Of a stretch of DNA of 64,000 nt, positions 13,001 through 23,568 are shown one piece after another. Position 1 is the first letter of the stretch. The number at the start of each line of letters is the position of its first letter. The notes below the pieces were generated by a model, which worked only from the letters and a program-made list of their open reading frames with translations, had not been told where the DNA came from and searched no databases. Origin of the DNA: Ascidiella aspersa (taxonomy: Eukaryota); NCBI GenBank assembly GCA_963924565.1, contig OZ004613.1:15934001-15998000 (forward strand). The letters are read 5' to 3'. The position numbers were made by a program, and so were the translations under genes.

Positions 13001-16000
13001 TAGCCTATCAAAATAAAACATTGTCCAGGTGACCAGGACATGATTATTGGCAGAAATATGAATCGGTACTGTCCAGTTTTGCTAAATTTTCTGTTTAACT
13101 TAGGAAGGTTTAGAAAGATTAGCTAGCAGTAGTTTTATTCATTTTGTACAAGTGGCTGCAGCTATAAGAAGTAGAAGCTACACAACCTTATGTTTCACCT
13201 TTTCTTTATTTTACTTTTACGCACTCATAACCAGTGTTTTTTTAAGGTGTTTTGGGGGACCAAAACGGTCCCCCAAATTTCTCCAGCGGTTTCCCAAAAT
13301 TTCGACTTGCAACTACAGTACAAAAGTAATGGTTGTTTCTCGCTATGTCTTGTCTATAATACGAATATAGCCTACGATCAATAGTTTACGTCCGGAAAAA
13401 AGAATAAGTGTAGGTACAGCTAACAGCTGAATCAAAGAATTATTCACAAAAGAAGTGCACCTTCGATACTCGTCAATGTTTATTTCTGATTTATGGCGCA
13501 TAATGATCAGTTTTTTCGTGTGGAAACATAACAAGCAGAAGCCAACAAGCACACTTTGTGAGATTGTGCAGCAAACTTCTTTGGCGGCCGTGTTGGGCAG
13601 GCTGTTTGGTCGCTGTCACAATCATTTAAGCTGTGCCTTGTCGAATAATTCATTTTATGTTGCGTTGATTTTATGTAGTTTAAATGCCTAGGTTTGTACC
13701 GCATCTTTAGATATTAATGTTTGTCCTAAAGTAACCTTTGAAATGAGAAATAACGTAATAATTGCTTTTCTTGCGACCTAGATTCGAGCTAATTCTATTC
13801 CTTCTGGACTCTTCTCTGACTTAAACTGAATATGATGAAGCTTATGATGTCATAAATGTATTTACTCAACCTGACGTTTAGTTTTAACAAATGTTTGTGA
13901 CGTAACTTAACCGAAGCTTCTCGTAGGTGGGAGAATATTTTTGGCATTATATAAGGAGGCATATTTTGAGTGTAAAAGAAAGGAAGGACAGAAATTAAGA
14001 AATACGTTGAAGTGCTGACAGTTGCTATCAAGTTTTAATGCGTTATTTGCAAGTGCTATTGTAAATTACAGCGCTTTTTTTTGCCAGTCCTCTGAAGATT
14101 TTAATCAGCGATCTCAGAAGTAGAACTATTCGGCCGTTAATTGATCAGCAATCTCTTTCCTGGTAAAAGAAAAGGAAGACGTGACAGTCGCTATCTTGAG
14201 CATTTTTGAGATAGAAAGATTGTTTTTGCGATAAAATTTAGAATAGGCTATTTCTTAAATACTCTTCCTATTTTTTAACTTAAAAATTTTAAGTTTTTGT
14301 GAGTTATTTCAGGTGAAAATGTCGCAGCGTAAACGTTTATCCTCTTATAAGCCTAACAATCGAAGTATAAAGCAGTTCTTTTCTGGTAAACCGAAACCAC
14401 GTACTGCTGCTCTAACCCCCGAAACCGCATCTGCCAACAGCACCACAAGTTCTGATTGTGTTTTACTGAATGACCACAATTCTGCTGAAAATGTTCAAGA
14501 GCAGTCGACTCTTCCTGTTGCATCGTCGATGACTGTTCCAACTGAGCCATCCAACAAGATATTTCAATCGTGGATTAAACTGAAAGGTTTTGATGATGCT
14601 CTACGAATAATCGTGTTCGCCCTCCATGCTGACGGAGGCATAATATGTTTGCTTTGCTCTAAGCATCCAGTAGCTATCACTGGCCGAGGCAAGTTTGCTG
14701 ATGTTTACACCAGCGTACCCGCCAGACCTTAGCACCCCTCTTGTCTGGATATGCATCTGAGCTCTGAGCAACACCAGCAAGCAGTTAAACTGGAACAGAA
14801 CCAACGTGTCTTGCTTTTTCACACAAAGTGTCAAACAGTGGCTGAGAGAGTACACCAAATTTACTGGGTACTGAAAGAGATAGCGAATCGAAAAGTTGCT
14901 TCCTTGCAAACACTGGTTGATCGCATTGGTCACAATGACCGGCTTCGTGACCTGCGACGTACCAGTTCAACAGAAGTGACGGATTTTATTTTGCTCATCT
15001 CCAACCATCTGACTGATCGCATCGTTGCTGATGTCAAGCAAAGCCTATGCTGAGCTACCATGGTCGACGAGACTACTTTGCAGCAATATATTACATTTGT
15101 TCAGTACGTCAATAAAAGGGGACGCCAGGCAACTGCATTTTTGGATATCTGTCGAAAAGATGCTCGCGGGGCAACTGCTGCCAACCTATTCCGACTCTGG
15201 AAAGAGGATCGCTGCTGACTACAGTCTTGATGTGGGTAAACATGTCGCTATTGCATGCGATGGAGCTGTTGCAATGATAGGCCGCCGAAATTCCCTCTCA
15301 CAGAAATTGACTGCACAAAATCCGATTACCTACACAGTGCACTGCCATGCGCATCAACCTTGGCATGTACGGACACGGTAAAGGAGCTACAGCACATCCA
15401 GGATTGCGAACGTGGAAGTACTTTTCAATTTCGCCACTCAAGACCGCAAAACTACAAGAAATGCAAACTGTTGATGTTGATTCGTCTGCGCGAAAATTAG
15501 TTAAAGCCTGCCATACTCGCTGGCTATCTCATGGTCAGGCTGTAATCGCAATGAAAGCAGAACTGCCTGCTGTACACGCTACGCTCCAATATTTTGCTAC
15601 TGAGAAGAAAGATTGCACAGCAGTTGGTATTCTTCATTTAATTTGCTCCAAACGCTTTCTTTTCTCCCTTTACTTGCTGAATGCTGCTTTGGTCCATCTC
15701 AACAAGTTATCATTGTTGTTTCAAAAAGGTAGTTTTCACTTTTCTCACATGCAGTCGACACTTTCAATATGCAAAAAAGAGATTAGGAGCATTCCCAATT
15801 CAGATCAGATTTTAAACAGCCTAAAACTTGACTGGGAGAAGATTTAAAAATTTTACCAAGATCTCAAAATACACTTCTTGAAGATGATTTTAAACTGCTG
15901 CGATTCACTACAGAAACATACTGTGAGGCACTGCTCTGTAATCTCGAAGAACGTTTCCCTAAGCCTGACGTACTCTCTGCTTTTCGAATCTTTGATGCTA

Positions 16001-18989
16001 ATGAGATTTCTCTTGATACCCCTCAGAAGATTTGACATTGTTCCTGCTGAACAAACCTTGAAAGTACTAAATGACTATCAAATGTTGAAAGATAGAATGA
16101 CAATGCCAGAATTTGAGTTCTGCCAAGATCCAGGTGATGTCTGCAGCAAAATTGCTCGAGACAACGTATTCCAGTTTAAGCAAATATGGCTATTTTTTGG
16201 TATTTAAATGAAACACTTGCGGTCTCTTAAAACTACTTAGCGGTCACCCAAACCAAACCTTAAAAAAAACCTGCTCATAACTATGCTAAAACAAACAAAC
16301 AGTATGAAACAGACACCTGGTGCTAGTTAGCTTTACTTGCTGTGATGAAACAATAGAGATTGTAAACCAAACAGAGTCTATTATGCATAGTTTAACACAA
16401 TTAAAGCAGCATATTGTCTTCATAGGCAACTTTAAATCTTATAGTAAGTGGACGTCCCCATTTAAAATTGTGCAGTTATAGTTATTTGTGTTAAATATCA
16501 AATAATAAAATGTTGGCCATTTTCATCCACCTTTCCTCCCCAATTCCTCACTCAAACAAATTACCTCCCCAAAATTTTAAATTCCCCCCAAAATGAGCCA
16601 AGTGGCTCTCTTTAAGAACCACTGTGCTAATGTATTGCAAAGCCCAAAAGGTCAAGTAGATAGACATCATCTTGATTAAGGCGTTTCAATACGAGTTTGT
16701 ATAATCTTCAGTTACTGTAACATCAAGCTACATAACAGATCTGTGCATAGTGTACCTAAACATGCTGTGTTCTGTATGTAAACTTTTAATATGCAAATGT
16801 TTTGTATGTGTGTCAAATTACCTGAGTAATTATTTGTGTCAATTTTTATTTGGTAAAGTTAAACGCTTTACCACTTAACTGGTTGCTGGTTGTGTTCCTC
16901 TTAAAGTGAAAGTAAATATTTTATGCATTTTGTTTCAATACTTTGTTTGCTAACCTTGTGGTTCTCAATTGCCATTTATACCTCCAATTTGTTAGGGGCA
17001 AAGATTCAGTGAAACACTTCAAAGTTGCCAAGGAGGGGTCAATTTTCAAATTCGGCATTACAGAATTTGATAGTCTTGACAGTCTTATCACCCACTTTGC
17101 AAACCAACCATTGCTAGGCGGCAATTCAGGTATATATATATGTGTTTTCCACTACCATATGTTTGCATATTTATGTTATTATTTCTTATGTGACAGTAAT
17201 TTCAAGTTTATCGGTATTTATGATAAATAAAAATACATTCAGGTGTTTGTAAATATTTTACCCTGGTATATCAGGAAAACCACTCCCAAACAGCGAGATT
17301 GTGTATGTACGTTTTATACACTATAAAGTACTAACAATAGAAAAGCTATGATGTTATGCCTGTTTAGAGGTGCTAATAGCTTGTTCCACCACTAAGCGTA
17401 TTTTTGCGCAAATGCATGCGGAAAGTAAACAAATGAGCTATATGTTCAGATCAAAAGTGCACAAACTAGTTTTATAAGCTTGACATCTAGCAGAATAAAA
17501 CCAGGGATCACCAAAAACTTGGGCAATTTGCTCACTGTTTTGGGCTCATGCTCACTTGGTAACAAAGGTAACAAATTACTGGCCATCAATAATTTTTATT
17601 ATTTTCGAATTGTTAAGATGTGCATCGTGCTTTATATAATTTATGTTATGTTGCAGGAACGTTGGTTCTTTTAAAGCACCCCTATCCAAAAGTTGTGGAG
17701 GAACCAGACAATTATGAAGAAATTGTCTTGCAATCAACTGTCAGAAGTGGTGCAACTGAAAGAGACTTGGAATTCCAAACAAAAGCTAACTCGGTTATTT
17801 ACCACTGATAAATTTTATTTTATATTAAAAGTTAAGTTTCTTCTATTGCAATAGTTTCATCTAAGCTGGTGTAGATGGAAAAGCTGTTTACTTAATTGTC
17901 TGTTTTTTTTTTCAAAAACAAATTTTATCTTTCATTGGTGGGTTATTGAATAGGAGCCCCAACATCTCTTTTTTTTTAAATGTGCCTACTGCCTAGTGAA
18001 GAATTTTTTGCATAACCACATCACAAGCTCACTAATAAATATCAATTTTCAGTTGGCCTCAAAGGAGGGGTTTCTTACCAAACAGGGATGGTATGTGAAG
18101 AATTGGAAAACCAGGTGGTTTGTGCTGGTTAAAAATGAGCTCAGCTATTATACTGATACAACAGTAAGTTAACATTTTTAACCATTTGGTATTTATTTGT
18201 AATAATTGGGCGATATTAGTAGAACTAGTAATGGTCATGGAGATTGTCATAGTGTGCTACAGAGTCCTGGTAAAAGATATGGTTGAAGATTTACATGAAC
18301 TGTTCTAATACACATTATTCATGTTTTGCTATAACAAAATTAGAAAGAAAAACCTATCAAGACACTTAATCTGGAAGACTGTCAAGGTTGCTGGAAGGAT
18401 GAAAAGCAAGGAAAAAACTTCTGCATTCGACTTGAATATCCCGATCGAAACTGGTACTTGTGTGCTAACACTGAAGAAGAGCAAAAAGAATGGATGGAAA
18501 TGATTAAGTGGAAAATTGTAAGTTATTTAAAGTTACTAGTATACCGTAAGCCATTGCAGACTCACCAAATCTGTTGATCTATGATGCAAGCAGGGCAGGC
18601 TAGAAAAACAACTAGCCTGCAGTGAGGTTCAAACTCACGACCTCTGGTCAAGCCGGGACTGTCGCTCTACCAACTGAGCTATGCAGGCTGAGAGAGGAAC
18701 GAGTCAAGAAACATCCATACGCCAATGCTTGCTCAATCTGTTAGTACAATCAATTCAATTGAAGGGGATCCACAGTACCATATCATTTATTCAATTCAGA
18801 AGGGCTAGATCTCCGTTATTAACATAAATATGTGTGCATGTTTTATTTAAAGTTTTTAGGTCTTTTTTAACAAAGAAATGTTTTATATGAGTATCATTTG
18901 TTAAATGTAGTAAACGACATTTGTAAAACTCTTTAATTTATCTTTTCTAGGACGAAAGCCGCAAAGGATCTGTGCGGAAAACCAGTTAG
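4065..18989 (+). CDS. DAPP1: DAPP1/Bam32-like SH2 + PH adaptor, 245 aa; join(4065..4087,10731..10850,16996..17129,17657..17793,18053..18163,18344..18517,18951..18989)
   Basis: GT-AG exons join in frame (738 nt). Translation MSGIAELSWYHGSITRHVSEALLMANGVEGSYLLRD...SISVRGKDSVKHF...HFANQPLLGGNSGTLVLLKHPYP...KEGFLTKQGWYVKNWKTRWF...EWMEMIKWKI closely follows vertebrate DAPP1 as I recall it (WYHGNLTRHAAEALL, DSVKHF, HFANQPL, LKHPYP, KEGYLTKQG..VKTWKTRWF). Confidence 0.93.
5111..6247. mobile_element. hAT-type non-autonomous element
   Basis: TIR CAG(G/T)GGCGTATCCAG; perfect 8-bp TSD CTTGTGAC (5103-5110, 6248-6255). Confidence 0.9.
7820..8790. mobile_element. hAT-type MITE (971 bp)
   Basis: 21-bp TIR TAGGGATGTTCAAAGTAGAAT; perfect TSD GTGTGACG (7812-7819, 8791-8798). 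Confidence 0.92.
9352..9679. repeat. Minisatellite, about 8 x 42 bp
   Basis: AAACTAATT recurs at 9369, 9411, 9453, 9495, 9537, 9579, 9621 and 9663; consensus GTACGTAGCTCGAATAAAACTAATTTGGGCACTTTTTTGTCC. Confidence 0.95.
9971..10508. mobile_element. Foldback MITE with ~130-bp imperfect inverted arms
   Basis: ATATATTGTTTAATGTTATAAACAGTTAGA...GCCTGGATGACTT is the reverse complement of AAGTCACCCAGGC...TCTAACTGTTTATAACATTTAACAATATAT. Confidence 0.8.
10731..10850 (+). CDS. DAPP1: DAPP1 exon 2 (SH2 N-half)
   Basis: tttgcag|C TGG TAC CAC...GTC AG|gtaaac; WYHG and GSYLLRD SH2 motifs. Confidence 0.95.
13232..16273 (+). mobile_element. hAT DNA transposon (3.04 kb), decayed formerly autonomous copy
   Basis: TIRs CAGTGTTTTTTTAAGGT / CAGGTTTTTTTTAAGGT; perfect TSD CTCATAAC (13224-13231, 16274-16281); transposase remnants inside. 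Confidence 0.92.
14319..16180 (+). pseudogene. hAT transposase pseudogene (ZNF862/C17orf113-like)
   Basis: Fragments across several frames: zinc-finger-like CLLCSKH...HLSSEQH, IACDGAVAMIG, VHCHAH (CxxH) and TRWLS (RW motif). Multiple stops and frameshifts; no C-terminal dimerisation domain seen. Confidence 0.88.
16996..17129 (+). CDS. DAPP1: DAPP1 exon 3 (SH2 C-half)
   Basis: ttag|G GGC AAA GAT...TCA G|gtatat; GKDSVKHFKV...HFANQPLLGG. Confidence 0.95.
17657..17793 (+). CDS. DAPP1: DAPP1 exon 4 (linker with regulatory Tyr, YEEI)
   Basis: ttgcag|GA ACG TTG...TCG|gttatt; GTLVLLKHPYPKVVEEPDNYEEIV. Confidence 0.92.
18053..18163 (+). CDS. DAPP1: DAPP1 exon 5 (PH N-part)
   Basis: ttttcag|TTG GCC TCA AAG...ACA|gtaagt; LASKEGFLTKQGWYVKNWKTRWFVLVKNELSYY. 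Confidence 0.95.
18344..18517 (+). CDS. DAPP1: DAPP1 exon 6 (PH C-part)
   Basis: ttag|AAA GAA AAA CCT...ATT|gtaagt; KEKPIKTLNLEDC...WYLCANTEEEQKEWMEMIKWKI. Confidence 0.93.
18615..18688 (-). ncRNA. tRNA-like element (pseudo-tRNA or SINE head) antisense in DAPP1 intron 6
   Basis: Minus strand reads GCCTGCA-TAGCTCAGTTGGTAGAGC-...-AGGTC-GTGAG-TTTGAAC-CTCAC-TGCAGGC. Perfect 7-bp acceptor stem, D and T arms, A/B boxes and a downstream T-run; anticodon arm abnormal. Confidence 0.7.
18951..18989 (+). CDS. DAPP1: DAPP1 terminal coding exon (DESRKGSVRKTS*)
   Basis: tcttttctag| acceptor, phase 0, TAG at 18987-18989; AATAAA at 19404-19409. Confidence 0.75.
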   Translation, partial: DESRKGSVRKTS

Positions 18990-21485
18990 CTGTTCTTGCA
19001 TACAAAAAGCAAACATATTTACCGTGATGAATTACTACAGCATTGTTTTAGATATAGTAAAATCAATAATGGTATTGGTGGTTCAAGACCCAGCTTGCAG
19101 TCCTGAAGAATGTCGATTATTGTATAAAAACGACATAACACTAATTGCTGTGCATTGTTTTGAAAGAGCGCTTGTTGACCAATTTAATTGTGAGTGCTTA
19201 CTGAGGCAGTTTACATGAAACTACATTTTTTTGTACTGGATTTGCCAACGGTAACATTTTTGCTGTATTGAATGTACTGCACTTAATCATTTTACAAAAT
19301 TATTTATACATCTACGCATGTTAAACGTTACTGATATATGGCTAAAAAACTTACAATTACTAAGTTTAAAAACTAATCAAACACTTTTTAACACAGACTC
19401 CCTAATAAAGTTATTAGCAAGATTTTGTTGGCATTTATAGTATCTTTTCTCACTTTGACATTGCCGAGGTATATTTGTTTATTTACTTTGGACCACATTT
19501 TCGTGCACTTTAGTTTTTTTTATGTTTTTTATATATTTGTTAGTAATTGGTTACAAATTACTTTCAAAGCTAAAACTTACTTAAAAGATGAAATTTCGTT
19601 GTCAATAATATTTTTACAGACTGTAAAAATATCAAAAAACTTTGTTTAGATTTTCTGAAAAGATAATTATCATTGAATAGCGCACAAATATTTCCACCAC
19701 TGCTGTTGATCACGTCGTTAAACTTTTCTTTGGTATTTAATTTGTGTTTTGTAGTGAGCGCTTTGTATCTAATTTTCTGCATAACGCGATATGTTTAGGT
19801 CTTCTGTTTTGTTTTGCTAAATGAAATGGGCATACCGGGGATATCGACTTTTTAAAGAAAGTTATTATTTGCAACATTTTTTTACGTGTGCTCTGTTTAC
19901 CTCGCTCTATTGCCATTTTCCCATTTCGTCTCTTTTAGATTAAGGCTTCTATCTTCTCATAAGTGACTTGAGTTTGTGCCTTAACCAAGGTGAAATCATT
20001 TTCCGATTACTGGTGTATAACTCCAAATTTCTGATCATGTTTGGTGATTTTTTATTTGTTTATCGAACTTTTTCTGAAGATTTTACAGGCTGTTTTGTGT
20101 AGAACAGATTTCAAACAGGCTACTTGTCATTTTTAACAGCATACCTAGCTGAAGCATATAGTAGCTTATCAGTGAAGACAGTCGATGGCCAAAACTCCTT
20201 TCAAAATTGCATGGTCTCGTGACCGGAATGTTTTACAATAATTTGGTAGGCACCCAAGCCACAAACAACAAAAAAACGACTTAGACTTGCCGTTAAAGAA
20301 CCTTTGAACGTTTACGCAACCACAAGATAAAGGTTGTCCGTAGGTAAAGAAAGTTTATGTGAATATTTGTAAAATGTAAACAACTTGAAATAATGTACAA
20401 AATATATTAACTAACAATATAATGTTATGAAAAGGCAACGCCAGTATGCAACATCTCAGTTTGCGCCACACAAACATACCGCTTTACGCATGCAGGTTTG
20501 TTATTTACCACGTTTAATGGTAGGCAAATGGACGACCGATTTTTTCCCAATATGGGAACAGTTAAAATGACTTTAAAAATGTGCGCACTTTTTTCATAAA
20601 GCAAAAAGAGTTGAAAGCAATGAGTTCGAAAAAACGCCTCAAATAATGCCCATATTCCCTACCTCAAAGTGTGCTCACATTTTTGAAGGTACCCTACTTT
20701 AAAATGCGTTTTTTTTTCTAGTTTTGTCATAATGTGCTACACAGTTTGCCTGCTATAGGCCTATGTATTTTTGAAGAGTGAATTAACACCCAAGAATGCT
20801 GGAATCTTTGGTGGTTTACTAACGAGTTAGAAATTCGGTTTGCTGCATCGGTACCAGTTCTGTAAATTGACACGCGCCACAAAAGGGCAGTTACTAGAAA
20901 TCTGTCAAAAAGGGATATCCAGTCTTGTTCTTTGGAAGTGTTAGCCTTTTGAAATACGAATGGCTTTTCTCTAATTGTCTATGGATTTTTGTTAAAATAC
21001 AGAGATATAGCAATTGTGCTTTACCAAAGAAGCCGAAACCTAAAAATCGCTAATTAAGGTTTCTTTAAATCAGTGTATCCAACCTATTTTACTAATGCCC
21101 CCTTGGACTCGACATATTTTTATAACGCAGCCCACGCCCTAATTGTTTCAACATAACCCCCGCAGCCCACGGAGTTAGGATTCTTAATTTGGGGGTGGCT
21201 GAACAAGTATAAAATATACCGTTAGAAAATTCCGCCATAAACAATTGTAACCTAAACCGAGTTTAAGTACGTTCAGCTCATTTGTGCTGAAGGCGTATGG
21301 TGAAAATGCGTTTATCTGGTTTGAATAGACAAATATATATTAACTTTTAAGCGAAAACACAATGTAACCGATTGATGAAAAAACGATGATACACAATAAA
21401 ATTGTTTTCTCTATATTTTTTTAATTATTGCGCCACCAGGCGCATATTGTAATGTGTAATAGAGCGTGTCCATGCGTGTCGCGGA

Positions 21486-22582
21486 CAGGGGTGCCAGATT
21501 GGCCTCTTTTAGGCCAAATTCCTCGAATTTGGCTTTTTTTTAGTCTGTTGGCCTTGGAAGATATATATTTGGCCCTTTTCTAGACTTGGCATTAAATTCG
21601 GCTTTTTTTTTACTTTTCAAAATCCATAATAGGCCTAATCAACATTTATCATATATCGCCACCTTACCAGATGAAACCATATTCAGCAGTTTTATACATG
21701 TTCTATGCTTGTTTAATACTCGTAATGTGACGCCGGCGCCGAGTCAGACTGCGCTCACCCTCTAAGCCAGCCATCCAATACAGTCGTTTTATATCTTTTC
21801 GGGCTACATTCAGAATTATTTTTGCTACAATTTATTAAAATCCGCTACAAGTAAAAAATTATTGATAAATATAAATATTATAGACATTAGGCCTATTTTG
21901 TAATTATAGCGTCAACACTCAACCCATATGTCGCCAACCTGTTGGATTTGGTTGGTTTGAGTTTATATATTGGTTCTATAAGCAAGACATGTTACACATT
22001 TGGAAAAATTGCGAGCAATACAAAAAAAATGGCTCGGACTTAAATTTGAGGTTTTATGCTTATGTATTTTTTTGTTCGCTTTAACAGTTCAGTGATGTGG
22101 ATTAAGCTACCAAAGCTCCGCTTTATTAGTTTTTGGTGGCAGCCCTGGCAGCGCAGCTTAAGATTGGAAAATAATTTGCGGTGCAGCGCAGCTTGCGAAC
22201 AAAGTGCAATGCGGGCAGCGAGCACCAATTTTATATTCTCACCATCTCTAGTGAGCTCATCAAACAAGTATTTTTCAATAGAAAGCTTGACAATTAGAAA
22301 AAAATATCACACTTTCAGCCTAAAAATCCGAGGATTACTTAGCTTTTTCAAAGATAAATATTTCCGTTTTAGTTAGTATGTTGTGAACATATGTTATGTT
22401 TATTATGTTACCACACCACGCCACTCTGAACCCTAATGGTTATTTATTATTATCATACAAATCAATCTATAGTATTATTTATAGCCTTTTATGTGTTTTG
22501 AATATAAAAACTCGTTTAATTAATGTTTGTTTGTTTGTTTCACGGTTTGGCTTTTTTTCAAAATTTTAATTTGGCAACCCTG
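21486..22582. mobile_element. hAT-type non-autonomous element
   Basis: TIR CAGGG(G/T)TGCCA(G/A)ATT; TSD GTCGCGGA/GTCTCGGA (7/8). Confidence 0.8.
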
Positions 22583-23199
22583 GTCTCGGACGCTATTAGT
22601 ATTTTTTCAACCTTGTTGCACAGGTAATGTGATGTTACAATCTCGTTTATTGTAACGTTATTCACTCAGCAAAACTCACAGTTATTCACTCAGCAAAAAA
22701 TACGAGCAAGGGTGTCGAGAACTATTTATAATTTCTATAGGGTGCCGCACATAAAAAAGGTTGCTAAACACTGGAATCAAAGAAATATAACTGACCAACG
22801 AACAATTAGGCATGTTCGAATTGTTTGGCTATGATTACATTTTTCCGGCTACACCAATAAATAAACTAGTTTCTTATCGCTCATCAAGTTCGGATCCAGG
22901 GGATGGCAAGGAAGAATAAACTTCGGTAGTCCAATGTGTTAAACCGGTTTGAAAGTCGCAGTAGGCCTACGTCTTATATGTAACTTTTTTGAAATGGCTG
23001 TTTTGCGAAATTATAAGTTATATTTGCGTTTTGTTTTCCGTCTATTTTAATTTGAACATAACATAAAAGTACGACCCGATATAAATTACAATTTTTGCAA
23101 CTTTAAAGTAAATGAACAATAAATTATATCGCGCTTCTGGAAGGTATTGTTTTTACAGGTTTGCACTGTGACTAAAGGCTAACGCCCTGACCCTTTCCA

Positions 23200-23568
23200 C
23201 GATGCAATTTCAGCAAAATTGAGCTAGTTAAAAACATTTCACGCTTATAAAATGCAGTCTTCTAAATTAAAAGTTTTGTCCAATACGCAATTTTGTCGCG
23301 CTTCGCGCGCACGATTTTGCCAGTCTCGTTATCAACTGATATTATTTGCGTACAAAGTTCGACGAGAGCAGCAAGTTAATGGAGCATACATGTCTTTCGA
23401 CGTTACTTTTTAACGATGCTTTTGGGCGTCATCTTTAAACATTTTATGCCACGACCAGACGAAAATCATTGATCCGCCCCTGGCACGCACGTAGCACTTT
23501 ATAAGGCCCGCAAAGAATATGCAAAAAATATTGTTGCCCCCGATGCTGTCAACCTTGGACCACCCTTG
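23200..23568 (+). repeat. 5'-truncated copy of the 29643-30088 MITE
   Basis: Shared ACGCTTATAAAATGCAGTCTTCT, GGCCCGCAAAGAATATGCAA and GGACCACCCT. Confidence 0.85.

Larger units (their letters stand above)
10866..16624. mobile_element. Outer hAT-type element filling DAPP1 intron 2 (contains nested elements)
   Basis: TIR CA(A/G)TGGTTCT(C/T)AAA; perfect TSD TGCTAATG (10858-10865, 16625-16632). Confidence 0.85.

Noticed and set aside
14313-16207. Domesticated ZNF862-like host gene
   Set aside because: Multiple stops and frameshifts with intact TIRs and TSD indicate a dead transposon.
18615-18688. Functional tRNA gene
   Set aside because: Anticodon arm is malformed and the T-loop is TTTG rather than TTCG.
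21071-22773. Single outer MITE with CAGTGT...ACACTG ends
   Set aside because: Flanks (CTTTAAAT vs GAATCAAA) give no TSD; boundaries unsupported.
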